Below are positions 42,831 to 50,384 of a stretch of DNA of 62,769 nucleotides, piece after piece. Both the position numbers and the translations under genes were made by a program. This DNA comes from a virus. Numbering within the stretch: the first letter of the stretch is position 1; every line of letters begins with the position of its first letter. The stretch is taken from IMG/VR virus record IMGVR_UViG_3300050128_000007. One strand, written 5' to 3'. The notes below the pieces were generated by a model. The model worked only from the letters and a program-made list of their open reading frames with translations, ran no database searches and was not told the DNA's origin.

Positions 42831-45655
42831 CGCGTCGCTCCATTTCCGGTTCGCGCATTGGCCGAGACCGCGAAGGATGGCGCAATCGACCGTCGGATCG
42901 CCCTGGCCAGCATTGCGTCCTGAGCCGGCGTCGCCGCGGCGGCACCGACCGGAACCTTTTCGAGAAGTCGTCGCGCCAGCACCGGATCGAGCATGGCTTT
43001 GGTGACAAGCTGATCGACGTTCGCTATGCCTGCTTCTCGAAGTGCCTGCAAGCTACGGGCACCTATCACGCCAACTATGGCACCAAGCGGACCGTGAAAG
43101 AGAAAACCTGCGCCAGCAGCCCCAGCGTCCTTTACCAACTTTCCGAGCAGAGATGATTGTTTACCGACGGCCGCGATGTCCTGCGCCGTGTTGCTCTGGC
43201 CGACAAGACGAACAGCCGTCTGTGACCGCTTTGCCTGCCGAATATCATCGGCAATGGCCTTTATCGTGTCCATTTCCGGCGGCGTGAACACCTGACGTAG
43301 CGCAGGTTCGTTTTGCTTAACGAAACTCTGAAAAGCGTCAGCCTTGATGCCGCTGATGCCGGACGTTCCGACCTCGGTATTTGAAATGAACCGCTTGGCG
43401 ATATGGTCAGCAATGGCTTGGCGAAGTCCGGCCGCAGCATCGGGATCGCTACGCACCGCATCGGCCAATCCTTTCATCAACGTGGTGCTCTGAGGCGAGG
43501 AGAACGTCTGTCCGACAATGTTGGTCACCTCTTCCGGTGTCGTCACGCCGAGGAGTTGGCCGACCTTGCCGGATTGGAGCGACTTCATTGCATCGGCGCG
43601 AGCAAGCGTCGCTTCGGCGACTGCCTGCCCAGCGTTCCGCGCGCTCGTAAACTGCTCGCGCACATTGTCCGGTAGTGCCCTCAAGGCGTCGGCGTATTTG
43701 TTCTGCCACAGCATGAGACGCTTCGGATCGAGGTAGCCGTCTTCGTTCATCGCGGCCCGGCGCAGGGAAGCGGCCGCAGCATCAGTCAAGAGCGCGGCGG
43801 CGCGATCTGGCCCTACCGCATTGGCAAGTCCTTGGGCATCTTGGAACGCGGTGGGGCCGGAATGAAACAGTTTGCCGGGAACACCAGCATCGGCGACGCG
43901 GTAGAGGTTAGCGCCACCAGCCTGCCGCAGGATCTGTCCGACCGGCCCATTGCCGAACGTCGCGGCGCGTTCCTTCGTGGCGGCGGTGGCGGCAGCTAGG
44001 CGACCGCCGGCGGCAGCATCGAAGGTCGGAGCATTTCCCGGTAATCCCGTATCGCCCGCAGGGCCGACAGATCCCCCGCCCGGCGGAAGTGTTGCTCCGC
44101 CAGTGCCAGGAGGGTTAGCTGCTCCGTCGTTGGCAGGCCCTCGAACACCGGTTTCGCTGCCAATCCCGGCCGCTTGTCGTTGGGCACGTTCAGCCTCCCA
44201 ATTCTGCCGCCATTGAGCGATGCGCGCGGTAATCGTTGCATCGGGCGAGATTGCGCCTGACGCCACCTTCGGCGCTTCTGCAACAGCCTGATCGGAGATC
44301 GTCTTCGCCAAATTGTCTTGGATGGCACCCCGGAGTTGCACCAAGCGCGCGTAACTCGGCGTGCGCCCGTTCGTCATGAGTTCGTCGCGCATTGCCGTCG
44401 AGACGCGGCTGCGCAGTGCGATCAAGTCGGCCACCGGTTCTACATCGGACATGGCACTCGCCTGCTTGAAGACGGCGGCTTCCTCCCCCTCCATCGGCTT
44501 TTCGGTCTTACGCATTGCGTCGACGAGTTCGTCGGCCTTGCTCGATGTCATTTTGACGTTGCCGGTGAGATTTCCTTCTGGATCGACGGCGTTCCACAAT
44601 CCACGTTCCGTTTGCCGCACACCAGCCTCGGCGCTCGCCACCGCATCGCGCATGGTCTGGCCTAGCGCCTCCGGCGGTATGTCACCACCAATCGCCGCCG
44701 CGGTCTGCCGCGCCGTGTTAATTCGGTTCTCAATGCCAGCCGCCGTACCGGCATCAAGGTCACGGAGTTGACCGCGAAAATAATCGGCGACCGCAATCGG
44801 GTTCGCTCCGGTCTGAACACCCTGCAGTGCCATGATTCGCGCCGCGTTCTGCTCGGCCTCTCTGGCCTTAAACAATTCCGGGTTTTTCGTCGCGGTCGCG
44901 CGTTCCAACGCCCCGAGGCCCATGTCGCCTGTGGCCTGGAACGTCGTCGGCTCAGAATCGGGAACTTTTGGCTGGACGCCCTGCGCCAACATGTCCTTGA
45001 CGCTGGGAACGTCCGTCGCGTTTTTCGCCAGCACCGTGCCCGCAGCCTGTTCAGCGACATCGGTCGAAGTACCGGCACGAGCCAAAGTTGTCGCCGTCTT
45101 GATCTGTCCCGGCAACCGCGCCGCTGCGGACATTCCAGCCGAAAACGGGATTCCAGCCGCCAAGGAAGCGACAATGCCGACTAGCGGCTTAATGGGGTCT
45201 GGGGCGGCTTCCGCAGCCTCTCCGCCGGCCATTCCGGCAACAGCCCCTGTGAGCGCCCTAGCCCCGGTAGCCGCAAGGCCGAGTTCCCCAGGCCCGGGGG
45301 TAAGCACTGCGGTCGCCCCTTGACCAGCGTAGCGGGCAAGCCGCTCCGGCAGCGTCCGAGCCGCCACGTCGTCTGGGTTCATGCCAATTTGGCCCAATAA
45401 CCGATTATAGAAAGCCTGGTCGGCAACAGGTGCCGTGATTGAGGTCTGTCGACCCCCGTTTATAAGGCTCGCCACGGTCCGATAGGGATTGATCGCCCGA
45501 TCAAGCATATCGAGGCCGCCCGTCACGCCTTCGCCAAACCCAGCCGCAAAGTTTGGCAGGATGCCGCCGGTCTTTTCGGCGACGGGCTGAGCGGTCGTCG
45601 GGTCAAATGACGGGGCAGCGGACGGCTGCGCGGTGGTCGGATCGAAGTCGGTCAT
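42827..45655 (-). CDS. Large internal virion / ejection protein (942 aa, Ala-rich)
   Basis: Called from size, composition and position next to the SLT-domain protein. Confidence 0.6.
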   Translation of the reverse strand: MTDFDPTTAQPSAAPSFDPTTAQPVAEKTGGILPNFAAGFGEGVTGGLDMLDRAINPYRTVASLINGGRQTSITAPVADQAFYNRLLGQIGMNPDDVAARTLPERLARYAGQGATAVLTPGPGELGLAATGARALTGAVAGMAGGEAAEAAPDPIKPLVGIVASLAAGIPFSAGMSAAARLPGQIKTATTLARAGTSTDVAEQAAGTVLAKNATDVPSVKDMLAQGVQPKVPDSEPTTFQATGDMGLGALERATATKNPELFKAREAEQNAARIMALQGVQTGANPIAVADYFRGQLRDLDAGTAAGIENRINTARQTAAAIGGDIPPEALGQTMRDAVASAEAGVRQTERGLWNAVDPEGNLTGNVKMTSSKADELVDAMRKTEKPMEGEEAAVFKQASAMSDVEPVADLIALRSRVSTAMRDELMTNGRTPSYARLVQLRGAIQDNLAKTISDQAVAEAPKVASGAISPDATITARIAQWRQNWEAERAQRQAAGIGSETGVRGPANDGAANPPGTGGATLPPGGGSVGPAGDTGLPGNAPTFDAAAGGRLAAATAATKERAATFGNGPVGQILRQAGGANLYRVADAGVPGKLFHSGPTAFQDAQGLANAVGPDRAAALLTDAAAASLRRAAMNEDGYLDPKRLMLWQNKYADALRALPDNVREQFTSARNAGQAVAEATLARADAMKSLQSGKVGQLLGVTTPEEVTNIVGQTFSSPQSTTLMKGLADAVRSDPDAAAGLRQAIADHIAKRFISNTEVGTSGISGIKADAFQSFVKQNEPALRQVFTPPEMDTIKAIADDIRQAKRSQTAVRLVGQSNTAQDIAAVGKQSSLLGKLVKDAGAAGAGFLFHGPLGAIVGVIGARSLQALREAGIANVDQLVTKAMLDPVLARRLLEKVPVGAAAATPAQDAMLARAIRRSIAPSFAVSANARTGNGATR

Positions 45656-45658
45656 CGG

Positions 45659-47812
45659 TTACTTCCAAACGTCCTTTCCGGAGCTGTCCTTGCCGCCGTA
45701 AGTAGCGGTGTTTCCCTTCGCGTCCGTATAGGTTTGTCCAGCGACGAACTGCGGCGCTAGACCTTGGCTCTTAGCAAAGTCGCCCATCGTAGCGCCGGGC
45801 TTTTTGCTCCGTTCCAACATAGTCACGTCGTTTGGGGAGAACGGGACGGCGTTGCGAAGATCAGCAATTAGCCCCTGCGCGAACTCTTTTTGTTGTTTGC
45901 CTAGCAGCGGACTCGTCAGAACTGATTCGATAGCGTTCTCGGCATCCTGCCGCATGGTCGCAAGCTTGCGCATCTTGGTGAAATTTGTATCACCCGTTTG
46001 GAGAGCAAGTCTGTCGAACTGACCGATCAAAGCTTGGTTGGTTTGCATACCGCCGCTTTCCAAGCTTGCGAGCGCCTTGCCCATGCCAACGATGGACGTA
46101 TTGAAATCCTGGACTTCTTGATCAGTCACTTTCTGGGCGAGAACTTGCTTAGTCGCGCCGATGATCGATGTAGGAGTCCGATTCTGAGCGCCCATGAACC
46201 AGCCGCTCGATGAATCGAGAGGCAGTTGCACAAGATTGCCGAGTTCGGCTGTCGCTTGCTTGGCACTGGTCATGATGCGGATCACCTGACCAGCGAAGCG
46301 GCCGCCACCGCCGGCACCCATTGATTCTGGAATGATAACCATGTTGGTGGAGTCGATCGGCGTTCTCTTATCGTCCGCAGTTACCCATTGACCGGTGCGG
46401 TTGTTCTGCTGCGCTAGGACGCGGTTCGTACCGCCTTTCCCATCATCGGTTTCGACCAACTGCGGTTTATCGAACTGGCCCTTGTGGAAAATCTGCTGTT
46501 GGTCGGTCGTCACCGGATCATTGCCGACCTGGCGCATCAATCCCTGCGCTACGCCACCCGCGGTCTGCCCTTTGAGTTCAGGGTTTGCCTTCAATACGTC
46601 CGGAGAAACAAGTTGCTCCATCGGCGTGTTCGGTGCCGCGTTCAATATTTTGGTCGCGCCATCCATTCCGAATCTATGGGCAAGCGCGAGCGAAGCTGTC
46701 GTTACCGGAAGTTTGGCGTCTGATAGCGCCCCCGCGTTCTTTGTCGCAAGTGCCGCAGTCATATCGGCTGAGAATTGCGGGTCGGAACGCAGCGCAAGCA
46801 ATTGCTTATCGTTGAGAGATTTTGCAAGCTCCGGGCGTGCTTCCTTGACCGTATCGAGCCATGTCGAATCAATGAACTGGCCGTTTCCCGTGGCCGTTGA
46901 TCGTGGGTTCTTCGCGTTTGGATCGCCAGTAGCGTTCTCCGTCCGGTCGATACGCGCGGCGGCGACGTCTGGACCAACCGTGCCAGAACCGGGACGAACA
47001 AGACCGCCCTGCTCAGTGTAGAAGATAGGCTCTCCGTTCGGTCCAAACGCATCTGGAACCGGCTTCTGAACCGGAGGCGTCAGCGGTTTTCCAGCATTGT
47101 AAGGATCATAACCGACACCGCCGACGACTTGCATGTCGGTTTTGACTTGCGGATTGGGAGCGCCAGTAGAGGCTCCGGCGACGCGGTTCTGAAGATACGC
47201 CATCCTCTGCTGCGTCTGGTTATACAGATTGACGATATTCAAAGGGTTGTAATTTTGGCCTAAGAACTGCGCCGCTGGAATCCCCATAGCGGTCAGCCTC
47301 TGGACTGCCGCATCTTGGCTCTGCTGATCCTTCACCGTAGCCAGCACACCAAGGATCATGTTGTTCTTTTGCAGGCTTTGAGCGATCTGCGCCGGAGGAA
47401 CGTTCTGATACATGCGGTCGAGTGCTTCGGTGGGCGTTGCCGCTGCATTAGAAGGTGCAGCACCAACACCCCCTGGTGTGCCCTGCGGCGCTCCCCCATA
47501 GGCGTCGAATAACCGTTGCTGAAGGAGCGGCGTGTAGCGGCCGACGTACTGGGAAGCCTCTGGTGCCCCTTTCTGGGCTGCCGCATTCATCGCCGAATCC
47601 CAGCTATCGGCGTCGAGAGCATGTGCAGCCGCGTCGCGGATGAGCTGGCTGCGATACTGAATGTCTTGTCCGGAGTTCTCCCGGTTGAGCATTTGCAATT
47701 TGGTCTGACCGGCCGCCAAATTGGTCTGCCCAACCTCGTAATCCTGGGCCTCACGCAACGGCGTCGCCATATCTGGCGTTTTTATTTGAAGCGCAACTGA
47801 TTGATCGGCCAT
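45659..47812 (-). CDS. Internal virion protein with a lytic transglycosylase (SLT) domain (717 aa)
   Basis: RTENATGDPNAKNPRSTATGNGQFIDSTW is an SLT catalytic-type motif. Confidence 0.7.
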   Translation of the reverse strand: MADQSVALQIKTPDMATPLREAQDYEVGQTNLAAGQTKLQMLNRENSGQDIQYRSQLIRDAAAHALDADSWDSAMNAAAQKGAPEASQYVGRYTPLLQQRLFDAYGGAPQGTPGGVGAAPSNAAATPTEALDRMYQNVPPAQIAQSLQKNNMILGVLATVKDQQSQDAAVQRLTAMGIPAAQFLGQNYNPLNIVNLYNQTQQRMAYLQNRVAGASTGAPNPQVKTDMQVVGGVGYDPYNAGKPLTPPVQKPVPDAFGPNGEPIFYTEQGGLVRPGSGTVGPDVAAARIDRTENATGDPNAKNPRSTATGNGQFIDSTWLDTVKEARPELAKSLNDKQLLALRSDPQFSADMTAALATKNAGALSDAKLPVTTASLALAHRFGMDGATKILNAAPNTPMEQLVSPDVLKANPELKGQTAGGVAQGLMRQVGNDPVTTDQQQIFHKGQFDKPQLVETDDGKGGTNRVLAQQNNRTGQWVTADDKRTPIDSTNMVIIPESMGAGGGGRFAGQVIRIMTSAKQATAELGNLVQLPLDSSSGWFMGAQNRTPTSIIGATKQVLAQKVTDQEVQDFNTSIVGMGKALASLESGGMQTNQALIGQFDRLALQTGDTNFTKMRKLATMRQDAENAIESVLTSPLLGKQQKEFAQGLIADLRNAVPFSPNDVTMLERSKKPGATMGDFAKSQGLAPQFVAGQTYTDAKGNTATYGGKDSSGKDVWK

Positions 47813-47826
47813 GACAGATTATCCGG

Positions 47827-48042
47827 TCAGCCCTGCGGCATCGGTACTGGCGGCGTCATTGGCGCGGTGGACGATTCGCCTTGAGGCATCGCCATAGCGC
47901 CACTGAATGCTTGGTCCGGAGCCACCATCGATTTCGGATCGTTGAATGCTTGCTTGCCGCTGCCAAACGCCGCGCGCAAACCAAATGGACGACGAGGCTT
48001 TACGCTCATCGCCTTTTTGACCTTCGGCATTGCTGGTTTCAC
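47827..48042 (-). CDS. Hypothetical small virion-module protein (71 aa)
   Basis: ORF with a 4-nt overlap with the upstream gene. Confidence 0.55.
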   Translation of the reverse strand: MKPAMPKVKKAMSVKPRRPFGLRAAFGSGKQAFNDPKSMVAPDQAFSGAMAMPQGESSTAPMTPPVPMPQG

Positions 48043-48743
48043 GACAACCCTCCAGTGATGGATCCGGGTATTATTCCCGTGTTATTTTGATTTTGCTGAC
48101 TGTTAGCAAGCAGAGAAGCCAGCAATCCGCTCTGGATTCCTCCGGTGACCTGATTAGTAGCTCCGGCGATTCCGCTGGCCGTCGCCTGCCCGGAAGCGAG
48201 CTGGCTATTTGCTACGCTCGTACCAGTGGTGGCACCAACTTGACCGGTGGTAGCCGCCGCGTTCTCACCCTGATTGGCAAGCGTATCGAGTTGCGAGACA
48301 TACGGACTCCACGCATTCTGCATGGCGTAGTTCTGGCCGTACTGCTGCGCCGCCTGAAGTTGAGCGCCGGAAAGCAAAGTGCCTTGCGACGCTGCACTTT
48401 GCTGTTGGGCTAAGTTGCCCTGTTGCAAGCCGAACTTGTAGCCGGGATAATTCGTAAGCGCCGACGTAGCGTTAGCAGCGGTGGCTGCTGTCGGCCCAGT
48501 TCCTGCGGCACCCCCGGTCCCAAGACCGAACAGAGAGGCCAATTGAGATACCGCGCTTTGGCCGACTTGATTGTAAGGAGCAAGATTAGCCTGCGTCTGA
48601 CCGAAGATGCTGAGTTGGGTGTTTGCTGCGGTCTGCGCTGCCGACTTCTGCGCGTCAGCGGATAGCACAGAGCCCGTTACGCCAGCCCCTGCGGTTAACG
48701 CACCAGCACCGAGAATCGCTGCGCTAATTGTAAGACTAGGCAT
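48039..48743 (-). CDS. Gln/Ala/Gly-rich internal (ejection-type) protein (234 aa)
   Basis: Called from composition and position. Confidence 0.55.
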   Translation of the reverse strand: MPSLTISAAILGAGALTAGAGVTGSVLSADAQKSAAQTAANTQLSIFGQTQANLAPYNQVGQSAVSQLASLFGLGTGGAAGTGPTAATAANATSALTNYPGYKFGLQQGNLAQQQSAASQGTLLSGAQLQAAQQYGQNYAMQNAWSPYVSQLDTLANQGENAAATTGQVGATTGTSVANSQLASGQATASGIAGATNQVTGGIQSGLLASLLANSQQNQNNTGIIPGSITGGLS

Positions 48744-49791
48744 GCTGCGTCTCTCCTAGCCATAACGAATATGTTCGCTGAGTTTCGACAGCACCGAGAC
48801 GCCGGAAAAACGCACCGAGTTTCGCCCCGCGCCCCTGCAAGCGATGATGCGGGAAGGCGTTCTTGACACCGAGCGCGCGCAAATCTACGAGCGAAGCGTT
48901 AAACAGCTTCGGACCGAGCATCAGGTGCGCGTGGACTTTTCGGACGAACCACGGCCCATGCTGCGCGATGAGCATCCCGGCACTTTCGACATCCGGCGTC
49001 ACCTGCCACATGCAATAGCCGGCCAAAATGCCGTCGACGCGGGCCGTAATAATGCGGAGCATCCCAGCCGTATTCATCGCTCGCATTGCCGGTTCGTCGA
49101 GTTTGTAGGGGCGATTCACCGCTAAGTCGCCCTCAACCTCGTTGAAGTGTTCGGCGAACAGCGCATCGATCTCTGGCCACAACGAATCCCACGGTTCCGA
49201 TCCAATGACGATATGGGAGATGTGATTGTTTTCTTCAAAAGCCGCCTCCCGCTTTAAGGCTTCGATGCGTTTTCGGTTTGCCGCGAGGAAGTGCAACCGC
49301 TCATGAACATTGACCTGTACGTTCACGTCGGCGAGTCCCTGCCACCATTTCCAATCGAACGGCACGCCAAGGCAATGCTCGAACAGCGCGCGGCACGCTT
49401 CAATGCCGTTGAGTTGAGCGAACGTGAACGACTTGACCCCAGGCACGCGAGCTAACTCATCAAGCATCGCATCGCGCTTTATCAATTCGTCCATGAGCGC
49501 CTGAGAGCCCAGACCAAAGCGCGATAGGCTAGCGTGAATATAGCCGACAGGGCGTCGAACGACGGCAATTCTAGCGTCGGGCAACCGCCGACGTAGCGCG
49601 CGCCATCCGATTACCGCCCCCGTTTCCGCCGTCCCAGCATATTCGCCGTGGAAGTGCCCAGTGAGTTCGTCGAGCGACGCGCATTCAGTCGCAAGATCAT
49701 GACCGCATCGCCTTCCGCCGTAGGATAGAAACCGCGCGATCCAAGCGGACCGCGACCTCGGCAGCGAAAAGACGATGAACGGCGCGGCCAC
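48736..49791 (-). CDS. Sulfotransferase-like P-loop domain fused to a GNAT acetyltransferase domain (351 aa from GTG 49791; the ORF is open from TTG 49935)
   Basis: FSLPRSRSAW (5'-PSB-like) and IAVVRRPVGYIHASLS (3'-PB-like). The C-terminal HHRLQGRGAKLGAFF is GNAT motif A-like. Confidence 0.55.
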   Translation of the reverse strand: MAAPFIVFSLPRSRSAWIARFLSYGGRRCGHDLATECASLDELTGHFHGEYAGTAETGAVIGWRALRRRLPDARIAVVRRPVGYIHASLSRFGLGSQALMDELIKRDAMLDELARVPGVKSFTFAQLNGIEACRALFEHCLGVPFDWKWWQGLADVNVQVNVHERLHFLAANRKRIEALKREAAFEENNHISHIVIGSEPWDSLWPEIDALFAEHFNEVEGDLAVNRPYKLDEPAMRAMNTAGMLRIITARVDGILAGYCMWQVTPDVESAGMLIAQHGPWFVRKVHAHLMLGPKLFNASLVDLRALGVKNAFPHHRLQGRGAKLGAFFRRLGAVETQRTYSLWLGETQHA

Positions 49792-49870
49792 AGCGTTCCT
49801 AACTTCCTGTTCGGAGGGGACGCCGTGCCTTCGTCCGTGTCGTCTTTTACCACGCGGTAGAGGCCATTGG

Positions 49871-50383
49871 CTAGTAGGCTGGATAGCCGAAGAGGTAGAA
49901 ATTTCCTTGAGACGTGGCCCCTTGGGCAGTTCCAACGTTGAGATAGAGCGTCGAATAGTTCCATATGGCTGTTGTGCCGGGGGTTAAGTTCGTTGTGGCT
50001 CCGGGCGTGTTGATTCCTGTCGCGGTAATGCCCGAAAGTGCCGTCTGGCCCAGAAGCACGGTTCCTTGCGTAAACGCGAGCGAATAAAGCCCAGCCTTCG
50101 CCGTTGAGAAGCTGCCGCTCGTTCCATAGACCAGGCCGAGCGCAGCGTGCCAGCCGATCGCGCCAGCCGGAATCGACAGGGTAATTGGTTTGTCCCCAGC
50201 AACGTTGAAATTGATCGCATCCGAATAGCCAAGTAGAAATATGCCAGGCGTGATGCCACCACCAGCAAAAGCCGCTGCCCATAATTGTTGAAGGAAGTTT
50301 AGGGCCGCTGCGGTTAATACACCGCTTGGGCTAACGAATGGCCCGAAGGAAAACGGAGGCAGAGTCGGAGGAGTCCCGGCCAT
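49871..50383 (-). CDS. Tail-associated structural protein (170 aa)
   Basis: It lies immediately after the hub gene and is beta-rich. Confidence 0.55.
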   Translation of the reverse strand: MAGTPPTLPPFSFGPFVSPSGVLTAAALNFLQQLWAAAFAGGGITPGIFLLGYSDAINFNVAGDKPITLSIPAGAIGWHAALGLVYGTSGSFSTAKAGLYSLAFTQGTVLLGQTALSGITATGINTPGATTNLTPGTTAIWNYSTLYLNVGTAQGATSQGNFYLFGYPAY

Positions 50384-50384
50384 C

